DNA from: Rhodospirillaceae bacterium
GTDB taxonomy: Bacteria; Pseudomonadota; Alphaproteobacteria; Reyranellales; JAQSWP01
DNA length: 64,000 nt
Direction of reading: 5' to 3'
NCBI GenBank assembly: GCA_040255215.1
Contig: JBDZUM010000003.1
Coordinates: 8,673 to 72,672 of the forward strand
In this document: positions 17,280-26,291 of the stretch, piece after piece
Numbering within the stretch: the first letter of the stretch is position 1
Layout of the letters: the number at the start of each line of letters is the position of its first letter
Translations under genes and position numbers: made by a program
Notes under the pieces: model-generated
What the model saw: the letters and a program-made list of their open reading frames with translations, nothing else
What the model was told of the DNA's origin: nothing
The model's database searches: none

Positions 17280-18236
17280 ATGACGCACGATCCGATGCCC
17301 TTCCTCATTCCCGACACCGAGCCCGCCGACGAGCTGCACACCGCCTCGCCCACCGCGCATCTGCTCGACGAGCTGGCGCTCTACGGCCATCGGCCCGGCC
17401 GGGACGAGCCCGATCCGCGTCCGCTGCCCGAGGCGGATATCGTCCGCGCCGAGCTCGGCGCGATCGTCGACGGCTTCGCCGCGATGTTGACCGACACGCG
17501 GCTCGAGGACGATCTCGACGACCTGCTCTGGTCCTTCGTCAACTTGTTCCACCGCAAGATCGACCGCATCGAGCGCGATCTCGACACCAACGAGCAGGCG
17601 CAGCGCCGCTCGCAGCTCGAGCAGAACGGCTCCGAGGTCCGCTCGGTCGAGCTCGAGCGCCTCATCGATCAGGGCCTCGGCCTGATCGAGCGCCGCAACG
17701 CCTTCGAGTTCTGCCGCGACCATGCCGCCGAGCACTACGAGGCGGTCACCGGCTCGCTGTGGCGGCCCCGCTCGGGCTCGATGGTCAACCATCGCGCGCT
17801 CACCTCCGCGATGATCGACAGCCGCGAGTTCATCGCCGCCCAGCGCCGCGCCGAGGCGCAGCTGCTCGTGCCCACGGGCAGCCGCATCGCCTTCACCGGC
17901 GGCTCCGACTTCAACGATCACCAGCGCATCTGGGCCGCGCTCGACAAGGTCCACGCGAAGCATCCCGACATGGTGCTGCTACACGGTGGCAGCCCGCGTG
18001 GCGCCGAGCGCATCGCCGCCTGCTGGGCCGACAACCGCAAGGTCGTCCAGGTCGCCTTCAAGCCCGACTGGAACCGCCACCGCAACGCCGCGCCCTTCAA
18101 GCGCAACGACGAGCTGCTCGACGTCCTGCCGATCGGGGTCATGGTCTTCCCCGGCACCGGCATTCAGGAGAACCTCGCCGACAAGGCCAGGAAGCTCGGC
18201 ATCCCGGTCTGGAAGTTCGGCAAAGGCGGCGGGTGA
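17280..18236 (+). CDS. DUF2493-domain protein with about 190-aa N-terminal extension
   Basis: C-terminal MVLLHGGSPRGAERIAACWADNRKVVQVAFKPDWNRHRNAAPFKRNDELL. Confidence 0.75.
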   Translation: MTHDPMPFLIPDTEPADELHTASPTAHLLDELALYGHRPGRDEPDPRPLPEADIVRAELGAIVDGFAAMLTDTRLEDDLDDLLWSFVNLFHRKIDRIERDLDTNEQAQRRSQLEQNGSEVRSVELERLIDQGLGLIERRNAFEFCRDHAAEHYEAVTGSLWRPRSGSMVNHRALTSAMIDSREFIAAQRRAEAQLLVPTGSRIAFTGGSDFNDHQRIWAALDKVHAKHPDMVLLHGGSPRGAERIAACWADNRKVVQVAFKPDWNRHRNAAPFKRNDELLDVLPIGVMVFPGTGIQENLADKARKLGIPVWKFGKGGG

Positions 18237-18325
18237 GCGCCGCTTCCCTTCGTCTTGGCACGATGCCGGCATAGTCGCGATGGCTGGTTCTCCTCGCCGT
18301 GCTTCTGCTCAGAGTAAGATCTGTC

Positions 18326-18838
18326 TCAGGGTCGATGGGTTCGCGACGAGCCAGTGCGCCCAGGAGTTTCGATCGTTCTCGTTTTCGGCCAGAGAGACTC
18401 AAAGAGAAGTGCTGCGACACCGCAGGTAATGGCGACGTCGGCGAGATTGAACGCGGGCCAGTGATAGACGCCGAGATGGAAATCCAGGAAATCCGTCACC
18501 GCGCCGTCGTCGAGCCGATCGACAATGTTGCTGATCGCACCGCCAATGATGGCAGCCAGCGCCAGTCTCTGGACGCCGCTGCTGCTCCGTCCGAGCCATA
18601 GGGAAAGCCCCGTTACGATAGCGACTCCGACCAGGGCGAGAAGGTAGGGCGCGTACTGATCCGCCGAGCTCAGAAGGCCGAAACTGATGCCGCGGTTGTA
18701 GACGAGCACGAGCTTGAAGAACGACGTCACTGGCGCAACGTGACCCGATTCGGCGAACGTGATCTCGAAGAACCGTTTGGTCGCCTGGTCGAGCACGATG
18801 ACGCCAATTGATAATGCGATGGGGAATGCCAGTCGCAT
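18326..18838 (-). CDS. lspA: Signal peptidase II (lipoprotein signal peptidase)
   Basis: VYNRGISFG and WPAFNLADVAI motifs, four TM segments. Confidence 0.85.
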   Translation of the reverse strand: MRLAFPIALSIGVIVLDQATKRFFEITFAESGHVAPVTSFFKLVLVYNRGISFGLLSSADQYAPYLLALVGVAIVTGLSLWLGRSSSGVQRLALAAIIGGAISNIVDRLDDGAVTDFLDFHLGVYHWPAFNLADVAITCGVAALLFESLWPKTRTIETPGRTGSSRTHRP

Positions 18839-18844
18839 CGCTCG

Positions 18845-20974
18845 TCAGCTCCGCAGCATGCGCAGGCCCGAGGCGATGACGAGGAACTCGCTCACCTCGT
18901 GGGCCACCACCACGATCGGCAAGGAGAAGGCGCCAGCCATGGCGCCGACGATCAGCGCGCCGATGACGACGGCGGACAGCGCGAGGTTTTGCTTGACGAC
19001 GGTTTGCGTGCGCTGCGCATGCCTCAGCGCATAGACGAGCTTCTCCAGGTCGTCCGCCATCAACGCCACGTCCGCCGTCTCCAAGGCGACATCGGTGCCG
19101 GCGGCGCCCATGGCGACCCCGACCGTCGCTTCTGCAAGCGCCGGTGCGTCGTTGACGCCGTCGCCCACCATTGCGACGTGGCCGCGCTCTTCCGCAAGGG
19201 CGCGGATCTTCGCGACCTTGTCCTCCGGCTTGAGCGCGGCGAAAACCTCGTCGATGCCGGCGTCCTTGGCGATGGCTTGGGCCGTGCGCGGGTTGTCGCC
19301 CGTCAGCATGACGATGCTGCGGATGGCGGCTCGGTGCAGCGCCGCGATGGCCTGTCGGGCGTTCGGCCGGAGCGTGTCGCGCAGGGCGAGCAGTCCCCAG
19401 GCCCTCCGGTCGTCGCCGACGATGATGACCGTCTTGCCGTCGTCCTGGAGCCGCGCGATCTCGCCCTCGAGGCTCTCGAGCGGAATGCTGAGCCGGCTTT
19501 CGAACAGCGCCGGGCTGCCGATATAGAGGCGGCGCCCGTCCACGGATGCTTCGGCGCCGACGCCGGTCAAGGCGCGGAATCCGCTTACGTCAGGGACGGC
19601 GAGATCGGCTTCACGGGCGCGGCGCACGATCGCGCGGGCAAGCGGATGCTCGCTGTGGCGCTCGACGGCCGCAGCCATCGCGAGCAGCGCGTCCGCGTCC
19701 GCCGGGCTTCCGTCGCTCCGGCCTGCCAACAGGATATCGGTCACCTGAGGCTGGCCGCTGGTGAGCGTCCCCGTCTTGTCGAGGGCGACGACACTCACCT
19801 TGGCGAGCTCCTCCACGTAGACGCCGCCCTTGACCAGCACGCCGTTGCGGGCCGCCGTTCCCAATGCGGCGACCATGGTGATGGGGATGGAGATCACCAG
19901 CGCACACGGCGCGGCGGCGACGATGAACACCGTTGCCCGCATTACCGCGTCCTGCCAGGAGAGGCCAAGCGCGAGCGGGAGACCCAAGGCGGCGAGGATG
20001 CCGAGCCCGAGCACCGCCGGGCTGTACCAGGCGCCGAAGCGCTCGATAAAGCGCTGGCTCCGACCGCGTCGCTCCTGCGCTTCCTCGACCATCTGGATGA
20101 TGCGGGCCAGCGTGTTGTCGGCGTGCGTCCGGGTGGCGCGGACCTCGAGCGCCGCCTCGCCGTTGATGGTGCCCGCGAACACGGAGTCGCCCGGTTCCTT
20201 CTCGACAGGCACGCTCTCGCCTGTGACCGGTGCCTCGTTCACGCTCGATAGGCCGCTGAGGATCTCGCCGTCGGTCGGCATGGCCTGGCCGGGCCGCGCG
20301 ATGAATACGTCCCCGACGCGTAATTCCTCCACCGGAATCTCGACCTCCCTGCCGTCGCGGCGGACAAGGGCCACCTTCGGAGCGAGCGCCATAAGCGCTC
20401 TGATCGCCGAGCGCGTCTTCTCCTCGGTGTAGCCTTCGGCCGCCTCGGAGATCGAGTAGAGGAAGACCAGCATCGCGCCTTCCGCCGGCTGGCCCATGAT
20501 CGCCGCGACGACGGCGGCCACGGACATCAGCAGCTCGATGCCGATCTCCCGCTCGAAGACCAACTCCTCGATGGCCTCGCGTCCGAAGAAATAGCCGCCG
20601 ATGAGGATTGACACGATGTAGAGCGGCACCGCAGGGACCTCGGCTGCGGGCGCCATGCTTGCGAGCCAGCCGACAAGCAGGAGGAGGCCGGATGCGGCGG
20701 AGGTGAGGACCTTGGCGTTACGCCACGGCTTCGGCAGCGCCGGCAGCTCGCGCCCTTCCTCGGCCGGGAAGCCGGCCTCGCCGAGCTGCCGTCGAACCTC
20801 GGCCGCCGACGTCGCCGCGGGATTGAATCGGACCCGGACCTTGGCAGCCTTGGGATAGACGTCGATGTCCGCGATCCCCGGGCGGCCCGAGAGACCGCGC
20901 CGCAGCGCCGCCGCGTCGTGCTCGCAATCCAGATTGGCCACGCGCCACTCAGCGCTCTCGATCGTTCGGTTCAT
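18845..20974 (-). CDS. Heavy-metal P1B-type ATPase (Cd/Zn/Pb-like context), atypical APC transmembrane motif
   Basis: DKTGTLT, GDGVNDAP and TGES-type (VTGESVPV) motifs. TM6 reads AAAPCALV rather than CPC. The N-terminal HMA-like domain has a single Cys (NLDCEHD). ATG 20974 preferred over TTG 20992. Confidence 0.85.
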   Translation of the reverse strand: MNRTIESAEWRVANLDCEHDAAALRRGLSGRPGIADIDVYPKAAKVRVRFNPAATSAAEVRRQLGEAGFPAEEGRELPALPKPWRNAKVLTSAASGLLLLVGWLASMAPAAEVPAVPLYIVSILIGGYFFGREAIEELVFEREIGIELLMSVAAVVAAIMGQPAEGAMLVFLYSISEAAEGYTEEKTRSAIRALMALAPKVALVRRDGREVEIPVEELRVGDVFIARPGQAMPTDGEILSGLSSVNEAPVTGESVPVEKEPGDSVFAGTINGEAALEVRATRTHADNTLARIIQMVEEAQERRGRSQRFIERFGAWYSPAVLGLGILAALGLPLALGLSWQDAVMRATVFIVAAAPCALVISIPITMVAALGTAARNGVLVKGGVYVEELAKVSVVALDKTGTLTSGQPQVTDILLAGRSDGSPADADALLAMAAAVERHSEHPLARAIVRRAREADLAVPDVSGFRALTGVGAEASVDGRRLYIGSPALFESRLSIPLESLEGEIARLQDDGKTVIIVGDDRRAWGLLALRDTLRPNARQAIAALHRAAIRSIVMLTGDNPRTAQAIAKDAGIDEVFAALKPEDKVAKIRALAEERGHVAMVGDGVNDAPALAEATVGVAMGAAGTDVALETADVALMADDLEKLVYALRHAQRTQTVVKQNLALSAVVIGALIVGAMAGAFSLPIVVVAHEVSEFLVIASGLRMLRS

Positions 20975-20997
20975 CGTTGATCCCGTCTCCAAATTGG

Positions 20998-21029
20998 TTC
21001 ATCATATCATTAAGCGATGATACGATGAA
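20998..21029. promoter_or_regulatory. Candidate ArsR/SmtB operator in the divergent ATPase/ArsR intergenic region
   Basis: Imperfect 13-bp inverted repeat TTCATCATATCAT-taagcg-ATGATACGATGAA (12/13 matching). Confidence 0.6.
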
Positions 21030-21047
21030 TTGCCAGAGGCGAAATCC

Positions 21048-21437
21048 ATGCTTGTGATGGACCGCATCGAGGCCTACGGCCTCCAGGCCAAGCTGTTCCG
21101 CGGCCTCTCCGACGAGTCGCGGCTCGCGATTCTCGAGGCGCTGCGCGACGGCCCCCTGCCGGTGGGCCGAATCGTCGAGGTCACCGGCCTCTCCCAATCC
21201 AATACGTCGAACCACCTGCGGTGCTTGAGCGAATGCGGCCTCGTATCGGCCGAGCAGCAGGGCCGGTTCGTTTACTATCGCCTTGCCGACACGCGCATCG
21301 AGACCCTGCTTCGGCTCGCCGACGACTTGCTCGCGGAGGTAGGGCGCCGGATCTATGCGTGCACGAACTATCGTGGCTCGACGAAAACCGATACCCGGGC
21401 CACCGGCACGCCCGCGCAGCGCCAGGGAAGGCGGTGA
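21048..21437 (+). CDS. ArsR/SmtB-family metalloregulator
   Basis: LFRGLSDESRLAILEALRDGPLPVGRIVEVTGLSQSNTSNHLRCLSECGLV. Start could also be TTG 21030 or ATG 21057. Confidence 0.85.
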   Translation: MLVMDRIEAYGLQAKLFRGLSDESRLAILEALRDGPLPVGRIVEVTGLSQSNTSNHLRCLSECGLVSAEQQGRFVYYRLADTRIETLLRLADDLLAEVGRRIYACTNYRGSTKTDTRATGTPAQRQGRR

Positions 21438-21439
21438 TC

Positions 21440-22180
21440 ATGATGCTCCGCCGTCGTCAAGCCGTTCTCGCACTGCTTGTCTTGGGCGTCGGAACGCTCG
21501 GAGCATCTGTGTCACAGGGCATCGCGGCGCAGCAGAGAGGCAATTGCGGCCATCCAACCGTTGATGTCGTGTTCGACGATCCCGCCGAGCTCGACATGGC
21601 ATGTCTGGCGCTGACCGATATCACGGAGTACTTCCGGGGCATGGGCTTCGAGGTGGCGCCCAGGGTTTCGCTGCGTTTCGCCGACCGTCCCGCGGATCGC
21701 TCCGCCGACGATGCCTCCAGACACGGCTATTTCGACAGGGGGCGATCGCAGATCGTCGCCTATCGAACATCGGACGTGAGCCCTTGGGGGCTGCCCTGGA
21801 CGCCGCAACTGGCCGGCTCCTTTCTCCGCCACGAGCTGGCGCACATGGCGGTCTGGGAAGCGGTCGATCGCGATCGCAGCCGCTTGCGGCGAGAGTGGCA
21901 CGAGTTCATCGCCTATGCGGTGCAGCTCGATCTCATGGAACCGCAACTTCGGGAGGAGGTTCTTGCGGTGCAGGCGCAGGTCCAGCCCTTCGCCAACCTT
22001 GCGGGAGTCAATGAGTTCACATCCCGCATGGACCCTGACGTCTTCGCGGTCGCGGCGTACCGGACCTACCTCGCCAGAGGCTCGGCCAAGTTCCTGGCTC
22101 AGCTCCTGCGCGGGGAAGTCGTGCCTCCGCCTTTCTCCTATCCGTTCCCTGTGCTGCCGAGCGAGGTGCCATCCCAATGA
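21440..22180 (+). CDS. Secreted hypothetical protein with HExxH motif
   Basis: Signal peptide MMLRRRQAVLALLVLGVGTLGASVSQG. Motif FLRHELAHMAVWE. No family recognised. Confidence 0.55.
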   Translation: MMLRRRQAVLALLVLGVGTLGASVSQGIAAQQRGNCGHPTVDVVFDDPAELDMACLALTDITEYFRGMGFEVAPRVSLRFADRPADRSADDASRHGYFDRGRSQIVAYRTSDVSPWGLPWTPQLAGSFLRHELAHMAVWEAVDRDRSRLRREWHEFIAYAVQLDLMEPQLREEVLAVQAQVQPFANLAGVNEFTSRMDPDVFAVAAYRTYLARGSAKFLAQLLRGEVVPPPFSYPFPVLPSEVPSQ

Positions 22181-22303
22181 GGCTCCCGGGCATCAAGGAA
22201 ATCATTTCGCGGCGTCCGGTCGGCTTGACGCAGATCAATGTCCGGCTCCGCCCAGGATGCGAGAAATCCGGCACGATGCAAAGCTACGTGAGCGGAGTGT
22301 GCG

Positions 22304-22546
22304 GTGAGCGCGACCGGCACGGAAGGGGCTGAGCAAGCGACGTACCACTTCTCGCGGGTACTGGTCGCGCCGTTCGAGGAAGCAATCGAACGTGTCATCG
22401 CGGCGCTTCAGCGCGAAGGCTTCGGTGTCCTGACCGACATCGACGTGGGCCTTCTTTTCGACGAAGCGGCCTGCGGTTCGCGACTAGATCGAATTTCCGA
22501 TTCAGGTCCAGAAATCGGTCAGTGCCGGTCGCATCTTTGCCTATGA
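22304..22546 (+). pseudogene. Truncated DUF302-type gene remnant
   Basis: The first ~48 aa (YHFSRVLVAPFEEAIERVIAALQREGFGVLTDIDV) look like a DUF302 N-terminus. Similarity then ends abruptly and the frame closes at 80 aa, against roughly 130 aa expected. Confidence 0.4.
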
Positions 22547-23361
22547 CCGCGGCGCCCGCGCGGGCGAGCCCGCGCGCCGGGCTCTCGTGAACCGAGCCGC
22601 CTCGCGGCGTCTCGGCCCTGGCGGGCTTCGATCCCTGGCGCAGCGCGCGCAGATGCCGGCTCCAAGATGCATCAAGGCGAGCCGCGATGGTCTCCCATCG
22701 GAGTCGTTCCGATAGATCGGCGTGCAGACCTTCAGCATGCCCCGCCGCGCTGATCCGCACGGCTTCGTGTCGGCTATTCGGTATCGCGTCCGCCGCGCGC
22801 AGTGAGCATGGATTGCGCCCGTCGTTGTGCCGATCATGAGGCCGGCACCGGTGCGCCTCAGCCCGATCATCGGCGCGTTCGCCATGAGAATCAGCCTGTC
22901 TCATCCCTCGACCGCATTGCCCTGGCAGCCCGTCACCGACCCCGCGCTGCCGTCCTGAGAGCCGTGTGGCGGAGCGTGGCGGACATCGTCGAAACGGGTC
23001 TGGAAGACGGCGGCGACACGGGTCAGGGGCGTCCGTTCCGGCACGGTCGAGACCGAGATGAAGACGCGCGGGTGCTTCGGCCAGGGTCTCCTTGCATGCT
23101 GAGATTCGCAGACCGTCCCTGCATGTCTCTCAAAGCGCTAGAGCCCGCGTCGCCCCTCTCCAACCTGTCCGGCGGAAGAATTTCCCCGGCCCGCAAGCGG
23201 GCCTCCTCGCGGACGCTTCGCTCCAAATTCTCCCGCCTCCCAGGTCCTCCACTCCGTTCCGGCCGCTTCGCTGTGCTCGCGGTGATGAGGGGTGCCTTGC
23301 GGTCTCTGAGCGCCGAGCCATCGCAGGGCGGTCCTGCGACTCAAGCGAAAGGAGACACATC

Positions 23362-23694
23362 ATGGCCATCACCCTCGGGACCTTCACCAAGCTCGACGAC
23401 GGCGTCTTCACGGGCACCCTCAAGACCCTCAACGTCACCGCCGCGCTCACCATCGTCCCTATCGACAAGATGTCCGAGAACGCACCCGACTATCGGGTCT
23501 ATGCCGGCCAGCGCTACGAGGTCGGCGCCGCCTGGAGCCAGGTCGCGAAGTCGAGCGGCGAGACCTACCTGAACCTCAAGATCGGGGCGCCCGAGTTCGG
23601 GCCGAACTGGGTCCGGGCCCGGCTGGTCAAGCTCGAAAACCCCAACGGGGACGGCGCCACCCACATCGCGCTGTGGGAACCGCGCGACCGATAA
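23362..23694 (+). CDS. DUF736-family protein (copy 1)
   Basis: MAITLGTFTKLDDGVFTGTLKTLNVTAALTIVPIDKMSENAPDYRVY. GGAGA Shine-Dalgarno sequence. Paralogue at 45756. Confidence 0.8.
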   Translation: MAITLGTFTKLDDGVFTGTLKTLNVTAALTIVPIDKMSENAPDYRVYAGQRYEVGAAWSQVAKSSGETYLNLKIGAPEFGPNWVRARLVKLENPNGDGATHIALWEPRDR

Positions 23695-23701
23695 TGCCCC
23701 A

Positions 23702-23740
23702 AGCCCCGTCGCGGATCGCCGCGGCGGGGCTTTCCTTCTG
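23702..23740 (+). terminator. Intrinsic terminator-like hairpin after DUF736 copy 1
   Basis: 13-bp stem AGCCCCGTCGCGG-atcg-CCGCGGCGGGGCT, followed by the T-rich run TTCCTTCTG. Confidence 0.55.
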
Positions 23741-23881
23741 CGTGTGATTTCGCACGCCCGCTCGAATTCGCGGGGGGCGCCTTTTCGAGCGTCCCGGAAC
23801 GCGCCCCATCGCGCCCATCCTCGCTTGGCGCGCGGCGACGTTCGCCGTCGCCGCCTGCACCGCAATCGAGGAGCGCCGAAG

Positions 23882-24154
23882 ATGGATGACGAGATCGTCC
23901 GGGCCGCCAATGCGAAGAAGGGCAGCCCGTTTCTGAACACCGACCAGGCCGCCCACTATGTCGGCCTGTCGCGCCGGACGCTCGAAAAGATGCGCACGGC
24001 CGGCGGCGGGCCGCGCTTTCGCAAGCATGGCCGCTACGTCCGCTATCACATCGACGACCTCGACGAATGGTCGGCCGAGCACGTCAAGACGTCGACCTCG
24101 GAGCCCGACCGTCCGCGTCCCGCCCGGCCCGAGAACGGCAGGGCACGGCAATGA
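23882..24154 (+). CDS. rdfS: Excisionase-type HTH protein, RdfS-like recombination directionality factor
   Basis: FLNTDQAAHYVGLSRRTLEKMRTAGGGPRFRKHGRYVRYHIDDLDEW. First gene of an rdfS-traF-transglycosylase arrangement as in ICEMlSymR7A. Confidence 0.7.
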   Translation: MDDEIVRAANAKKGSPFLNTDQAAHYVGLSRRTLEKMRTAGGGPRFRKHGRYVRYHIDDLDEWSAEHVKTSTSEPDRPRPARPENGRARQ

Positions 24155-24699
24155 TCGAACGGTTTCTCACGCGCACGAAGCGGCGCCGGCGCGGGCAAAG
24201 GCGCCCGCGTGCAGTCCTCGCCCTCTCTCTGCTCGGGCTCGGCCTCATCGGCCTCGCGACGCTCGCCCGACCGGCGCCGCGGCTCGTGTGGAACGCCAGC
24301 GCCAGTGCCCCGATTGGCCTCTATCGCGTCCTGCCGGAGAACGCTGTACGCGGCGATCTGGTGCTAGTCCGTACACCGGAGTCCGTGCGGCAGCTCGCCG
24401 CCGAACGAGGCTATCTCCCGCTGAACGTCCCGTTGGTGAAGCGCGTCGCGGCGGCGGACGGCGACATCGTCTGCGCCGCTGACAATGCGATCTCCGTCAA
24501 TGGCCGCGTCGTTGCCGAACGGCTGGCGCGCGACCGCCTTGGCCGTCCGCTGCCGCGCTGGAGCGGCTGCCTTCTCCTCGATGTCGGCGAAACCTTCCTG
24601 CTCATGGAGGGCGTCACCGATTCCTTTGATGGCCGGTATTTCGGGCCAGTCCCGACGGCCGCGATCATTGGGAGGCTCGCGCCGCTATGGACCGAGTGA
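24151..24699 (+). CDS. traF: Conjugative S26-family signal peptidase TraF
   Basis: ATGA overlap with the previous gene. NASASAPIGLYRV...LVKRVAA...GDSFDGRYFGPV pattern. Confidence 0.8.
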   Translation: MIERFLTRTKRRRRGQRRPRAVLALSLLGLGLIGLATLARPAPRLVWNASASAPIGLYRVLPENAVRGDLVLVRTPESVRQLAAERGYLPLNVPLVKRVAAADGDIVCAADNAISVNGRVVAERLARDRLGRPLPRWSGCLLLDVGETFLLMEGVTDSFDGRYFGPVPTAAIIGRLAPLWTE

Positions 24700-25340
24700 C
24701 CCTCCTGCTGCTCGGCGTATTGGCGGTCGGACCCATCCCTAGAGCCATGCCCGCCTATGCCGAACCCGCCGCCACGACAGATGCCGCGCTCGATCGCTGG
24801 CGGGATTTCATCGCCGAGGCGTCGCGCCGGTTCGGCGTGCCCGAGGCCTGGATACGCGCGGTCATGCAGGCCGAGAGCGCCGGCCGGACAATGCTCGACG
24901 GCCGTCCGATCACCTCGCACGCCGGGGCGATGGGCCTGATGCAGGTGATGCCCGACACCTATGAGGAGATGCGGCGCGCGCACGGTCTCGGCTCCGATCC
25001 GCACGACCCGCGCGACAATATCCTGGCGGGCACCGCCTATCTGCGCGCCATGCACGACCTCTATGGCTACCCAGCCTTGTTCGCCGCCTACAATGCCGGG
25101 CCGGACCGATACGACGACCACCTGCAGCAAGGCCGGCCTCTGCCGGCCGAGACGCGGGCCTACCTCGCATCCATCGCGCGGATCGATCCAGGCCCGCCGC
25201 CGTCGCCGTCCGTGGCATCGGGAACGCGGCTGTTCTTCAAGCTGCGAACCGTTGCCGATATGTCATCCGGTCGCGATGGGGTGTCGCCGTCGAGCGGCCT
25301 GTTCGTCCCGTTGACCACCGTGCCGGATGGCCAGCGATGA
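24687..25340 (+). CDS. Lytic transglycosylase (SLT domain)
   Basis: VMQAESAG, AMGLMQVMP and AAYNAGP motifs, with a signal peptide. Confidence 0.85.
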   Translation: MDRVTLLLLGVLAVGPIPRAMPAYAEPAATTDAALDRWRDFIAEASRRFGVPEAWIRAVMQAESAGRTMLDGRPITSHAGAMGLMQVMPDTYEEMRRAHGLGSDPHDPRDNILAGTAYLRAMHDLYGYPALFAAYNAGPDRYDDHLQQGRPLPAETRAYLASIARIDPGPPPSPSVASGTRLFFKLRTVADMSSGRDGVSPSSGLFVPLTTVPDGQR

Positions 25341-25573
25341 ACGGCGCTCGTGCTACTGGAGCCCTGCCGGAGAGAGGGGCCTCGTCTCGGTATGCCTATC
25401 GTACCAGCCAGGACGAAACGCCCGTCAAGGATGCGCGGTCCCCCCAAAATGCTGGCGCATTTTGGCTCCCCCACGCCCCGCTGCGCGGCGCCTGCGGCGT
25501 CCTTGACCGGCGCTTCGCCGGCCGATGCCAGGGCCTGTCCTCGATGAGGAGGACATCAAACCTGGAGGTTCAG

Positions 25574-25936
25574 ATGACCACGCTTCATACCCATCCGCAC
25601 GCCGCATTCGACCGTTTCCCGATGCTCGTCGAGAGCGTCAAAGAGGAGTTCGGCACCGAGGGACTCATGTCGAACGTCGAGCGTTTCATCGAAGCGGAAC
25701 GCGCCGATTTCCACTGGGACGGGCGACTCGCGGAGATGAATCTCGGCGCCTATGAGGGCTTCGACGAAGAGGACGAAGCGTTCGATCTCGTGTCGATCGT
25801 CGGCTATTTCCGCAGCCGCTATTACGTCGCGACCTGCGTCGTGGATCCCGAACGGCACGTCCACTGGATGCTCCGTCTACGCCATTTCGAGAGCTTCGAG
25901 AGCGCCGAACAGGCGTTCCTGGCGGGCGGTGGCTAA
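25574..25936 (+). CDS. Hypothetical protein
   Basis: GGAGG Shine-Dalgarno sequence before ATG 25574. Acidic 120-aa product. No family recognised. Confidence 0.5.
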   Translation: MTTLHTHPHAAFDRFPMLVESVKEEFGTEGLMSNVERFIEAERADFHWDGRLAEMNLGAYEGFDEEDEAFDLVSIVGYFRSRYYVATCVVDPERHVHWMLRLRHFESFESAEQAFLAGGG

Positions 25937-26291
25937 CCACACCGATCGCTTCGGGAGCGGCGTCGCCACGGCGTCGCTCCCATCATGTTAGCGGACGACT
26001 CCGCCTGGTCCATGGGCATCGCCTTGAGCCGAGACCAGGCAAGAGATCGTAGGTAAGCGCGGGACGGACGGAGAGTAGATCGAAAGTCGCGTAAGGCAAG
26101 ATTAAAGGGGTGTCTCGCATGAGCCACTATCTCTTTGTCTGCACATCGTTATTCAGAGAGATTCTGATTGCGGGCTTCGAGACTCCCTCGCGTAAGCCCT
26201 TGATTCTCCGCATGGCGATGGAGACGCCTTGCGGCCCGCGCGCGGGCGCTGCTTCCTCATGTTGTCGGACACTTTCGACTGTCGCTGAGGC

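Noticed and set aside
16699-17353. Small ORFs (146, 84 and 115 aa) inside the toprim/DUF2493 spacer
   Set aside because: The translations are Arg/Pro/Gly-rich, no Shine-Dalgarno sequences are present, and the region is better explained by nested helices.
15326-18274. 982-aa plus-strand ORF, together with the 743-aa minus-strand ORF at 15732-17963
   Set aside because: The translations are Arg/Pro/Ala/Gly-rich and of low complexity. They span three well-supported genes (the strawberry-notch 3' end, toprim, DUF2493) and the structured spacer. These are typical high-GC shadow ORFs.
22395-22904. 169-aa minus-strand ORF in the decayed junction
   Set aside because: The N-terminal half is Arg/His/Asp-rich and non-native. 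Only the C-terminal part has coding-like composition. No family was recognised, so it is treated as a possible gene remnant rather than a gene.
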